Program-made: the position numbers and the translations under genes | Notes under the pieces: model-generated | Seen by the model: only the letters and a program-made list of their open reading frames with translations | Databases searched by the model: none | What the model was told of the DNA's origin: nothing | In this document: positions 38,303 to 47,004 of the stretch, one piece after another | How the letters are laid out: each line of letters begins with the position of its first letter | How positions within the stretch are numbered: the stretch's first letter is position 1 | Source: an uncultured Verrucomicrobiae bacterium | GTDB lineage: Bacteria; Verrucomicrobiota; Verrucomicrobiia; Chthoniobacterales; UBA10450 | Assembly: GCA_963756875.1 (NCBI GenBank) | Contig: CAVWPA010000003.1 | Location: forward strand, 928,001-992,000 | Direction of reading: 5' to 3' | DNA length: 64,000 nt

Positions 38303-39643
38303 TTAGGCGGGTTCTGGGCCGGCGACGCCACCGAGCAATGCCGTTTCTTCATCGCGACGGACCTGTGCGAGAACCCGTTGTTTGCGACCTAACCAGAGGC
38401 TGAGCGCGCACCAGATCGCCGCCAGCGGCGCGGCCACGAATGAGATCCCGGTCAGCCCGAGACCGAACCACTGCAGCAACGGATACGACCAGGCGCCGAT
38501 CTGATCGCCTGTGCGATACACAAACGTGTCGATGAAACTCTTGGCCTTGTACTTATCCTCACGGCGCAACACCGTGAAGAGGACTTCGCGCGCGGGGCGC
38601 GTAATCGCGAAATTCCCGGCGCGGCGGAGGATCTGGAACGCGGCGAGAAACCCCAGCACCGGCACGAAACCCATGCCGAGGAATCCCAGCACGCTGAGCA
38701 AAGGTAAAAACGCGAGCGTGACGCCAACGCCGAACCATTTCAACAGACGGCCGGTAATAAGCAATTGCGCGATAATCGTGAGCGTGTTCACCGAAAGGTC
38801 GAGTTGGGCGAAAAACGCAGTCCGCGAGGCGCGATCGTGAAAATGATGGCCCGTGATGTCGGCCTGCTGAAAATAAACAAGCGTCGAGGTGATGGCGTGA
38901 AACAACATGAACGCGCAAATCCCCAGCAGGTAAGGCGAACGAACGATGTGCGAGACCCCGGCAAGAATTCCGCCCCCGATCGGTTTTTCCGCTCCTGGTT
39001 CCCGACGGTTTTCCGGGCGTTTCTGCGAACTGCCGGACTGTTTGAAATCGACCGGAAAGAATTTCACGCACCAGGGGCCGAGTTCCAGCATGGCGGCGGT
39101 GATCAGGATCAGGTTGGCTGAGCCTAGCTTGCGCACAAGCGAGGCCGTGATAATCGGACCGACGATCGCACCGACCGAACCACCGACACTGATAAATGCG
39201 AACAAGCGTTTGGCCTGCTCGCTATTAAAGACATCGGTCATGAACGCCCAGAAAAGGGTAACGACGAACAGATTGAAGACGCTGACCCAAACGTAGAAGG
39301 CCCGACCAACCCACACGTTTTCCGCCGGGGAAAGAGTGCGCATGAGAACGTAGAAAATCACGAGGTTCGCCATGAAAAAGCGATAGGCGATCGGGATGAA
39401 TTTTCGCCGGGACATGCGCGCGACGATTGCCGAGAAGAGCGCATTCGCGATCAACATCGCCGTCAACGTGCCGGTAAACATCCACGACAGACTTTTGATG
39501 CTGCCTGATGCAGCGATGTCGTCGCGGATGGGACGAATGACGTAATAGCTTCCGAGGATGACGAAATTAAAAACGCAGGCGAGACCGAGCGCGCGGATCT
39601 CTTCGGGTCGAACATCGACGATTTTGGCAAAAAGCTTTTTCAC
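38303..39643 (-). CDS. MFS-fold transporter related to the TLC/NTT (ATP/ADP translocase-like) family
   Basis: YYVIRPIRD, FWAFMTDVF...QAKRLF, REDKYKAKSFIDTFVYRTGD; about 12 transmembrane helices. Confidence 0.75.
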   Translation of the reverse strand: MKKLFAKIVDVRPEEIRALGLACVFNFVILGSYYVIRPIRDDIAASGSIKSLSWMFTGTLTAMLIANALFSAIVARMSRRKFIPIAYRFFMANLVIFYVLMRTLSPAENVWVGRAFYVWVSVFNLFVVTLFWAFMTDVFNSEQAKRLFAFISVGGSVGAIVGPIITASLVRKLGSANLILITAAMLELGPWCVKFFPVDFKQSGSSQKRPENRREPGAEKPIGGGILAGVSHIVRSPYLLGICAFMLFHAITSTLVYFQQADITGHHFHDRASRTAFFAQLDLSVNTLTIIAQLLITGRLLKWFGVGVTLAFLPLLSVLGFLGMGFVPVLGFLAAFQILRRAGNFAITRPAREVLFTVLRREDKYKAKSFIDTFVYRTGDQIGAWSYPLLQWFGLGLTGISFVAAPLAAIWCALSLWLGRKQRVLAQVRRDEETALLGGVAGPEPA

Positions 39644-39645
39644 GT

Positions 39646-39703
39646 TGTAGCAACGGCGCTCTGTCGCCGTTAAGTAACGCCCCGGCAGAGCGGGGCGACT
39701 ACA
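39646..39703. repeat. GTAG-type REP doublet filling the intergenic gap
   Basis: TGTAG...CTACA ends; left unit resembles 55141-55166; contains the TAG stop of the 39699-40823 gene. Confidence 0.8.
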
Positions 39704-40823
39704 TTTTCTTTTTCCACGCGGCGAGAACGTCGGCTTCGCGTTCCGGTGTGAGACCGGCGCGCAGCTTTAATTGCCGATCTTGTGGTTGGGATTTAAACCA
39801 GGCGAGCGTCTCTTGAGCCGTCTCTCCGAGCGGACGAAACGTCAGACCTTTTCCCAGCGCCCGGCTGATGCTCGTACGCGCCATCCCCAGTTCGTCGCCT
39901 GCCCACACCGGCATGTCGGACCACGCCTCGACCTTTTGCTGTTTCAGAAAATCGGCTGGCACCCAGACAAATTTTGAATCTGAATTCAGCGCGACTTTGA
40001 TTTCGCGCAACATTTCGCCGATCACGAGGGGCCTGGCCGGTCCGGTGGCATTGTAGATCCCGGTTTCCCGATTTTCGACCATGCGGATCGTCCACTCGGC
40101 AAGATCTCGCGCATCGATGAATTGCACCGGGTCGTCGGGAGTTCCGGGCGCGAGCACCTCGCCTCCACGATCGATGCGCACCGGCCAATACGTGAACCGG
40201 TCGGTCTCGTCGCGTGGGCCCACAATCAATCCGGGCCGAATAATCAGCGTCTTTCCGGGAAACCATTTCCCGGCCTCTTTCTCCGACATCGCTTTGAGCG
40301 GGCCGTAAGTTTTGAATCCCGACGCTTTCATTGCCGCGAGTGTTTCCTTGAAAGCATCCGGCCCATCATATTGCGCAAGGGGCGAATTCTCGTCGACGCC
40401 TTTGCTGGTATCGGCGTAAACGGAAATCGTGGAGATGAACACGTAGCGATCGACGTTGCCCTTCAAAATCTGCGCCGCGTCGCGCACCCAGGCCGGCAGG
40501 GTGGTGGGATTATCGATCGCGACGTCCCATCGCCGGTTTTTAAGAGCCTCGAGCTGGCCGTTGCGATCGCCGATCAACTGTTCGACTTCCTTCGGCAACT
40601 CGTGCGGATGGGTCTTACCGCGATTAAAGACCGTGACTTTGTGGCCGCGGCTTAGCGCGTAACGAACCTGAAATGGCCCGGTGAAACCTGTACCGCCGAG
40701 GATGAGGATGCGCATCGGTTTCACGGTTTTCTGTGCGAATAGACTTTTCGATTTTAAACCAAATGTCCCGCCCGCGGCGACGGCAGAGGATACCTTGATG
40801 AAGCGACGCCGGGTAATGTTCAT
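39699..40823 (-). CDS. Tat-exported NAD-dependent epimerase/dehydratase (extended SDR)
   Basis: ITRRRFIK twin-arginine signal; GGTGFTG; YGPLK; RPGLIVGP. Confidence 0.88.
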   Translation of the reverse strand: MNITRRRFIKVSSAVAAGGTFGLKSKSLFAQKTVKPMRILILGGTGFTGPFQVRYALSRGHKVTVFNRGKTHPHELPKEVEQLIGDRNGQLEALKNRRWDVAIDNPTTLPAWVRDAAQILKGNVDRYVFISTISVYADTSKGVDENSPLAQYDGPDAFKETLAAMKASGFKTYGPLKAMSEKEAGKWFPGKTLIIRPGLIVGPRDETDRFTYWPVRIDRGGEVLAPGTPDDPVQFIDARDLAEWTIRMVENRETGIYNATGPARPLVIGEMLREIKVALNSDSKFVWVPADFLKQQKVEAWSDMPVWAGDELGMARTSISRALGKGLTFRPLGETAQETLAWFKSQPQDRQLKLRAGLTPEREADVLAAWKKKM

Positions 40824-40831
40824 TTTGTTCT

Positions 40832-40912
40832 TGTCATGTTGATCGCCATCGAGACATCTCTAATTGTTTTCGGATAACAGCAAGAGATTCCTCTACTTCA
40901 GTCGGAATGAGA
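40832..40912. repeat. Degenerate TGTCAT...ATGA(C/G)A palindromic element
   Basis: tgtcatgttga...tcggaatgaga, similar in architecture to 52127-52244. Confidence 0.55.
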
Positions 40913-41055
40913 TCGTCGCAAACCCGGCGGTGACCAGCACAATTCCGGCGACCAACAATGTCCGCCATCTCCAGGATAATCTGGGAGCCGGCAAAGGACC
41001 CTTGCCGGACGAAAAAGCGCGGCAGCGAATGGTTGAATTTATTTCCGCTTTATAG
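40912..41055 (+). pseudogene. C-terminal remnant of an aldo/keto reductase
   Basis: IVANPAVTSTIPATNNVRHLQDNLGAGKGPLPD matches the AKR C-terminal P-x-V...IP...HL-x-(E/D)N pattern; no N-terminal part is present. Confidence 0.7.
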
Positions 41056-41203
41056 GCCAGGCGCCGCGACTAAAGACCGTATTTGGAAGGCGCTCGCATG
41101 TGATGTTTAGACTTTTTGTGCTCTTCGCGGAGTTAAAAAAATCCGGGATTTTCGAAAAAACCAGTTGCGAAGGCAGCCGTCCTGCTTGATAAGTCGCGAC
41201 TTT

Positions 41204-41755
41204 ATGAGGAATCACCCCCATGCTTCCATCGGTGTTGCTGCTTCGATCCTGTTTGTTGCCAGCGCAATTCAAATCCATGCCGCTTCGTCAAAGTCGATCT
41301 TTGTATTCAAAGACCGACGGGGAAGGGCGCAGTCGGCAGAGGTTATAACAAAATATCAGCCGCGGAAGCTCCTTCACCCGTTCGCGAAGATCGACCCGAA
41401 GATCGACCCGAAGTTGCGTCGCGCAGCCACGATCGCCCAGGAACGCGCGCACGCGCATTCGCGTTCGCAATGCTGGCGCGCGGTGAAAGAGGCGCTGGTC
41501 GCTTCGGGAGTGATCCGTTCGTATCCGAAAACGGTTTACGCAAAGCAGGCCGGGCAAGAGCTCGTGCACAATTACGGATTCAGGAGATTGGCGGTGCATG
41601 ATCCGTTCAAGGCCCCGGTCGGTGCGGTCATCGTTTACGGGGCAAGCCGTGCAGCAGGTCACGTAGAGATCCGGACGAGAGACGGATTCGTGAGCGATTT
41701 CCGCTCAAAGACGCCTTCGCCGCGGCCCTTGCTCGGCGTTTACGCAAAATCGTAA
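41204..41755 (+). CDS. Secreted NlpC/P60-CHAP-like cysteine amidase, paralogue 1
   Basis: CWRAVKEAL...PVGAVIVYG...GHVEI...FVSDF; Cys-His dyad; signal peptide. Confidence 0.65.
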   Translation: MRNHPHASIGVAASILFVASAIQIHAASSKSIFVFKDRRGRAQSAEVITKYQPRKLLHPFAKIDPKIDPKLRRAATIAQERAHAHSRSQCWRAVKEALVASGVIRSYPKTVYAKQAGQELVHNYGFRRLAVHDPFKAPVGAVIVYGASRAAGHVEIRTRDGFVSDFRSKTPSPRPLLGVYAKS

Positions 41756-41776
41756 ACGCAAAAGAGACTTGTCAGA

Positions 41777-41793
41777 CTGGCACAGTCTCTGCG
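41777..41793 (+). promoter_or_regulatory. Putative sigma54 -24/-12 promoter
   Basis: CTGGCACAGTCTCTGCG with exact GG-N10-GC spacing. Confidence 0.5.
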
Positions 41794-41806
41794 ATAAAAA
41801 GCAGGC

Positions 41807-42364
41807 GTGCGACGGTTTGCTGTCTTGAGTTTCTGTTGTGGGGCGTGGCTTGCGCTTTTAACGACGCAAGCTTGGGCGCAGGGCGTCAACAAGTCCGGAT
41901 CGCGTTTTTACTATAAGAGTTCCTTCGGGAAAACCGTATCCGTCAGCGTTATCCATCATTACTGGCTGCGACCGATCGTTCATCCGCTGGCACACGTGGA
42001 TCCCAGACTCGACCCGAAGCTGCGACGCGCAGCAACCATTGCCGAAGAACGCGCCAGCGCGCATTCCAAGGCGCGGTGCTGGCATTTTGTAAAGGCGGCG
42101 CTGGTTGCCGCCGGCGTGATTAAATCTTACCCCAAAACCGCGTACGCGGCCGATGCTGGCAGGGAGCTGGTTCGGGACTACGGCTTCAGGCGATTGCCTA
42201 TTCATGATCCTTACGCTGCTCCCGTGGGTGCCGTGCTGGTCTACGGAAACCGAAATCGCGGTCACGTCGAACTTCGCACCAGGGACGGGTTCGCCAGCGA
42301 TTATCACAGCAAGTACCGCTGTTTTTATCCGCTCGTAGCCGTTTACGGTAAATTCTCTTCCTAG
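41807..42364 (+). CDS. Secreted NlpC/P60-CHAP-like cysteine amidase, paralogue 2
   Basis: CWHFVKAAL...PVGAVLVYG...GHVEL...FASDY; tandem paralogue of 41204-41755. Confidence 0.65.
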   Translation: MRRFAVLSFCCGAWLALLTTQAWAQGVNKSGSRFYYKSSFGKTVSVSVIHHYWLRPIVHPLAHVDPRLDPKLRRAATIAEERASAHSKARCWHFVKAALVAAGVIKSYPKTAYAADAGRELVRDYGFRRLPIHDPYAAPVGAVLVYGNRNRGHVELRTRDGFASDYHSKYRCFYPLVAVYGKFSS

Positions 42365-42380
42365 AGAACCAGACCGGCTC

Positions 42381-42541
42381 TGGAAGCCGTCTCATAAATA
42401 GGAAGGGGTGCGTTGCCAGAGACCTGACACTGCTGCAAGGCGCGAAGAGAGAGAATATCCTTTATGGATCTTCGACCGACGAGCAACCCAGGAGCAGCAT
42501 CAAGGATCGAGCACCAGTCCCTGTTTATGAGATGGGTTCTA
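42381..42541. mobile_element. 161-bp non-autonomous MITE
   Basis: 18-bp terminal inverted repeats tggaagccgtctcataaa / tttatgagatgggttcta (15/18); no transposase. Confidence 0.65.
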
Positions 42542-44365
42542 AGCGTAAACAAGCAGATCGATCTCCTCCGGCAAAAGAGTCGAGACTTCGCGGATAATGT
42601 TTCCCCGAAGCATTTTAATGATCGCGTTCCGTTGCGGAGCGCCCAGAACAACGCGAGAAGCGCCGACGGTGGCGGCTACATCGACGATTGTCTCTGCGGC
42701 TGAGGGGCTGACCGCGTAACAAAAAAGAGGGGCTGGCTGATCGCTGGACTTATCCTTGGCGATGGAAAAGACCGTGCGAGCATCGGGATCTTCCTGCCAT
42801 TTGCGTCTGCGATCTTGCTCCGTGATGAACAATTGCTCGCGCACGAACAGCAGATACAGACGCCGGCCGGTTTCACGCGCCTCGCGCAATGCGAAGTCCA
42901 GAGTGCGCCCGGGCCCGCGAACGGCGCAAAGAATTGCTTCGCCGGCAGTCGAATCGGCCGTTGCTTGGGAAAGCTCGGCGCCTGCCACCGCAACGGCCGA
43001 AGTTTGCGCTGGCGCCGGAGCCGGTTCCTTTCGCGCCCGACTCTCCTGAACCAGTGAACGTAAAATCAATCCAACCGTCAGGATGGTGAGAACGAAATAA
43101 CGGGCGTGCGGCTTGTCGACGACGAGTGACAGTTCAATTGCCACCATCACCAGAAACGTTGCAAACATGAGTGTTCGTTCCCAGCTGCGGATTGACAATT
43201 TTTTGTCGGTCGACGTGGCGCCGAGATTGGCGGCGATCGCGCCGACCACTCCGACGGCGTAAAGTTCCGCCAGTCCGGCTATGTCTTTAACAAAGAGCAC
43301 GAGCGCGATTGGTATGAGCGTGGCGCAACACATGCCGAAGCTCGGCACGCCCCATTTGTTGAGATGGTGAAAAACCGGCGGCAACTCACGGTCTCGCGCC
43401 ATTAGAAACTGGATCATGATCAGAGCCACGATGGCGGTGTTCACGGCCGAGAGGAGCAGCATGGCAAAAACGACACTAACGACGAAACCGAAGACGTTGC
43501 CGGCAAGCGGTCCGAGCGCGCCGCCGACGAAAACCTTGCCCATGTAGCGCAACATGTAATCGCGCACTCCGTGGCCACCAGGGGCGGTGACATCGCCGTT
43601 GACGACGTGGAGGCCGTTGAGCGCATGCATCGCCAGGCCGAGCAGGGCGGTGAAAACACAGACCTCGATCATCACCCACAGGATTGCCGGCGTGGATGTT
43701 TTGCTCACCGAAGGATTCTCATCGGTGCTGCCCGGATTCAGCCGCATTACGCCCGTCGCGTTGGCGATCGCCTCGACGCCGGACAACGCAAGCACGATTC
43801 CCACAAAGCCGGTCCAGTTGCGCCAGAATCCGCCGTGAAGCGGCTGCAAATGTCCAATTGCCTGACCCAGATGAGGCAAGCTGAACAAACCCAGCGTTAC
43901 GACGACCAGGACCGTTGGGATGGATATAAGAAACGCCAGACCGCCGGTATGTTTGGGGCCGAGCAGGTTCAATAGTCCAATTACGAGGATCGCCGCGGCA
44001 GCGAATTTTTCCGGATGCGGCACACCGAGATATTGGAAGGCGGAAAGGGCGCTGATAGCCGCGGTGACCAGGTAATCGGCGATGAGCAAAAAAGCGCCGA
44101 CAATCGAGATGACTTCACTCCGGTGGCGCACGCTGGCATAAACACCACCCCCATCGGGATAGAGGCGGCAGATGATCATGTAATTGATACCCACCAGCGC
44201 AGTAAGCACGCACATCGCTGCGATGAGCCAGAACGAGGAGTAGCCTCCAATGGCGAAAGCCAGGCCGATGACGTAAGCCTTGCTCGTGCCCCAGTCGCCG
44301 TAGAGAATCGCCGCCGCACGCGGCGTATTTACGTTACGTGGACGCCTGATATTTGTCGGTATCAA
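42539..44365 (-). CDS. APC-superfamily transporter, KimA/Kup-like K+/H+ symporter, with C-terminal USP-like domain
   Basis: YGDWGTSKAY, PDGGGVY, LLIADY, LSGVEAIAN, LYAVGV; soluble C-terminal alpha/beta domain. Confidence 0.75.
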   Translation of the reverse strand: MIPTNIRRPRNVNTPRAAAILYGDWGTSKAYVIGLAFAIGGYSSFWLIAAMCVLTALVGINYMIICRLYPDGGGVYASVRHRSEVISIVGAFLLIADYLVTAAISALSAFQYLGVPHPEKFAAAAILVIGLLNLLGPKHTGGLAFLISIPTVLVVVTLGLFSLPHLGQAIGHLQPLHGGFWRNWTGFVGIVLALSGVEAIANATGVMRLNPGSTDENPSVSKTSTPAILWVMIEVCVFTALLGLAMHALNGLHVVNGDVTAPGGHGVRDYMLRYMGKVFVGGALGPLAGNVFGFVVSVVFAMLLLSAVNTAIVALIMIQFLMARDRELPPVFHHLNKWGVPSFGMCCATLIPIALVLFVKDIAGLAELYAVGVVGAIAANLGATSTDKKLSIRSWERTLMFATFLVMVAIELSLVVDKPHARYFVLTILTVGLILRSLVQESRARKEPAPAPAQTSAVAVAGAELSQATADSTAGEAILCAVRGPGRTLDFALREARETGRRLYLLFVREQLFITEQDRRRKWQEDPDARTVFSIAKDKSSDQPAPLFCYAVSPSAAETIVDVAATVGASRVVLGAPQRNAIIKMLRGNIIREVSTLLPEEIDLLVYA

Positions 44366-44428
44366 TTGATTGAGTCAAACCAGCGGGCGAATCCACGTCA
44401 AGCCGCCCGGCCTTGCGAATAGATGTCC

Positions 44429-45151
44429 CTAGTGGCGCGGCTTGTTCGATGGCGCGCTTGGTTTCGGGGCCGGGGTGGCTGGACTCGGAGCCACCAAAAG
44501 GGGTGGCACGGTTGGTCCGGCGGGGGGCCGCGGGGACGGAGGCACTTTGAGGGAACGCAACTGCATCTCCGCTTGATTGGCCCAAAAGCTGTCGCGGTAA
44601 TCGGTCATCACTTTTTCGCAAACGCGACGCGCTTCTTCAATTTGGTTCTTTGCCTTCAGCAGGGACGCCTCGGAAACGAGCGCAAGCGGAGCGTTGAAAT
44701 TCGTGGGATACTTGGCGGCCACCAGTTGATAGATCGACAATGCCTCGTCTGTCTTGCCCATGGACTCCAAATTGGCCGCCATCGCGATGCGGGCGGTCGG
44801 CACCAGCTCATGATCCGGGTTTTTGTCGATGAACGTCTCTAAAGTGGCATTCGCATCCGCGAACTTCTTTTCCTTTCGCTGAGCCTCGGCAAGCAGAAGA
44901 AAAGCAGAAGCTCCGGCTGGGGTGTTCGGGTAACGAGTCGCCACCTGCTGATAATCTTGCTCGGTTTTGGCGCCGCTCAATAAAGCCGCAGCGACAGTGG
45001 CCTGCCGGTCCGTGTAGAGCCGGTATCCCGCGAAGCCGCCGAGGGCCAGAACTAAAATGGCTGCTGCTGCGATGATCTCATTCCGGAATCGTAACCAGAA
45101 AACTTGCGCGTCGATTGTAGTATTCCGAGACGGAGGCGAAGCGGTGGGCAT
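44429..45151 (-). CDS. YfgM-like membrane-anchored TPR protein
   Basis: N-terminal transmembrane helix, YPNTPAG, TPR units, Pro-rich tail. Confidence 0.75.
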   Translation of the reverse strand: MPTASPPSRNTTIDAQVFWLRFRNEIIAAAAILVLALGGFAGYRLYTDRQATVAAALLSGAKTEQDYQQVATRYPNTPAGASAFLLLAEAQRKEKKFADANATLETFIDKNPDHELVPTARIAMAANLESMGKTDEALSIYQLVAAKYPTNFNAPLALVSEASLLKAKNQIEEARRVCEKVMTDYRDSFWANQAEMQLRSLKVPPSPRPPAGPTVPPLLVAPSPATPAPKPSAPSNKPRH

Positions 45152-45154
45152 GGA

Positions 45155-45172
45155 TTTGTGAGATGGGTTCTA
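45155..45172. repeat. Solo copy of the MITE right end
   Basis: tttgtgagatgggttcta, 17/18 identical to 42524-42541. Confidence 0.6.
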
Positions 45173-45269
45173 TGCCATGCGAAACTTTCTCGTGCAAGCT
45201 CGGCAACGGCATCGTCGTCTGGGGTAGCAGTAGGGCATTCGGGCGACGCCTAACAAGAAAGGAGGAAAA

Positions 45270-45692
45270 TCAGGCGGTTCGCGACAAGAAGACCATATAT
45301 ACAATCAGTGCGACACCAGCCGCCAGAATAATGGCAGTGACGGCTGCAACCATGCTGGGATCCGCTTCAATCTCTCCGCGCTGGATCGAACGATGGACCA
45401 CATGATATCGCCACGCCGCGAAGGCTGTTAGCACGCCTCCGGCGGCGATCATGCATTCGCCAATTACTGCCGAGATTCCAGTGTGGCGTACGTGCACTGC
45501 CGGATTAAGGCCCATGGACATTTCCCGCATCCAAAGGCCGAACCGCGCGATGACGAAGCCGAGCGTCATCACTGCGATACTTGTCCGCACCCAGGCGAGA
45601 AAAGTGCGCTCGTTTGCAAGGATCTCCGCTTCGATCTTGTCCGGGGCGAGCTCTCTCTTTTTGGAGGCGGATTCCGGTCTCTCGTTAGCCAT
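45270..45692 (-). CDS. DUF202/YidH inner membrane protein
   Basis: LANERTFLAWVRT; 3 transmembrane helices. Confidence 0.9.
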   Translation of the reverse strand: MANERPESASKKRELAPDKIEAEILANERTFLAWVRTSIAVMTLGFVIARFGLWMREMSMGLNPAVHVRHTGISAVIGECMIAAGGVLTAFAAWRYHVVHRSIQRGEIEADPSMVAAVTAIILAAGVALIVYMVFLSRTA

Positions 45693-45817
45693 GGATACTC
45701 ACTATAAATTCGATTTTCGAGAGTTTCACAAGCCTTGCGCATACTGCTGTAGGCCGTGTTAAATCAACCGCATGAACTTATGGCATCAATCCTGGACTCT
45801 GGCTTCCGAATTCAAGA

Positions 45818-45847
45818 TTGGACGTTCGACGTTGGACGTTCGACGTT
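45818..45847. repeat. Heptamer tandem repeat (tt[g/c]gacg)x4
   Basis: ttggacg ttcgacg ttggacg ttcgacg. Confidence 0.75.
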
Positions 45848-45854
45848 TGCTGCG

Positions 45855-46925
45855 GTGATTCCCCACGACAAGCTTTTTACTCCGGGCCCGGTCGAAGTCT
45901 CCCCGAAAACGCTGGCGGCCTTTTCTCGGCCGATGATCGGCCATCGAGGCGAGGATTTTAAGAATCTTTACCGCGACATTCACCCGAAGCTGCAAACGCT
46001 CTTCGGGACCCGGCAGCCGATTTTCCTATCCACCTCGTCGGCTTGGGGAGTAATGGAGGCGGCGCTTCATAATCTGGCCGATCGCGGCGTCCTCTGCTGC
46101 ATGTGTGGCGCGTTTTCGGACAAATGGCTCGATGTTGCGCGACGCTGCGGCAAAAACGCCGAGCCGCTCCGGGTCGATTGGGGAGAACACATCGATCACA
46201 AGGATGTCGATGCAAAACTGGCATCGGGAAAGTTCGATACCGTGACGCTGATTCATAACGAGACCTCGACCGGCGTCATGAATCCGCTGCCGGAAATCTG
46301 CTGCGTCCTCGCGAAATATCCCGAGATCGTGCTTATCGTCGATACGGTCTCCTCATTCTCCGCGATGAAGATCGAAATGGACGCGCTCGGGATCGATGTG
46401 ATGCTTACAGGCGCGCAAAAGGCGCTGGCTCTTCCCCCGGGCTTTTCGCTGTTTTCAGTCTCTGAAAAAGCGTTTGCGCGCGCCGAAAGGATTTCGAACC
46501 GCGGCTACTACTTCGATTTCCTTGAGTTTAAGAAGCAACAGGCCGAATGGATGACACCGACCACGCCGAGCATTGGCCACGTCTTTGCCCTGCAATCCAA
46601 GCTCGACGAAATTTCCGCGGAAAGCCTCGACGCGCGTTACGCCCGCCACGCTCGCACGAACGCGCTCGTTCACGACTGGGTCCGCCGCGCCGGCTTCGAT
46701 TTCTTCGCCCAGGAGGGCTATCGTTCAAAGACGCTCACCTGCGTAAAAAACAACAAAGGTGTCGATGTCCTGGCGTTTGCGAAGAAGCTTCGCGAAAAAC
46801 ATCATCTCGTGATCGATCCCGGCTACGGCAAACTCCGCGGGAAAACATTCCGTCTCTCCAATATGGGGGACGAAACCGAGGAAACCGTGTCGCAGTTGCT
46901 CGCGTCTTTGGACGATGTCCTGTAG
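45855..46925 (+). CDS. Class V PLP aminotransferase (alanine/serine-glyoxylate type)
   Basis: LFTPGPV, HNETSTG, VDTVSS, GAQKALALPPG. Confidence 0.9.
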   Translation: MIPHDKLFTPGPVEVSPKTLAAFSRPMIGHRGEDFKNLYRDIHPKLQTLFGTRQPIFLSTSSAWGVMEAALHNLADRGVLCCMCGAFSDKWLDVARRCGKNAEPLRVDWGEHIDHKDVDAKLASGKFDTVTLIHNETSTGVMNPLPEICCVLAKYPEIVLIVDTVSSFSAMKIEMDALGIDVMLTGAQKALALPPGFSLFSVSEKAFARAERISNRGYYFDFLEFKKQQAEWMTPTTPSIGHVFALQSKLDEISAESLDARYARHARTNALVHDWVRRAGFDFFAQEGYRSKTLTCVKNNKGVDVLAFAKKLREKHHLVIDPGYGKLRGKTFRLSNMGDETEETVSQLLASLDDVL

Positions 46926-46939
46926 CGGCGGACCGTCGC
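46920..46939. repeat. REP unit lacking its 6-bp loop, overlapping a TAG stop
   Basis: Reverse complement equals 56327-56352 minus 6 bp. Confidence 0.65.
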
Positions 46940-47004
46940 AAAATTTCAGCGCCGATTTGCCCGTTGGGCCATAGCTGCGCGAAGAATCGTCGGTGGCTGT
47001 GGGC

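Noticed and set aside
41386..41413. 12-bp tandem duplication (KIDPKIDPK)
   Set aside because: The paralogue has the equivalent HVDPRLDPK, so it is a protein-level motif
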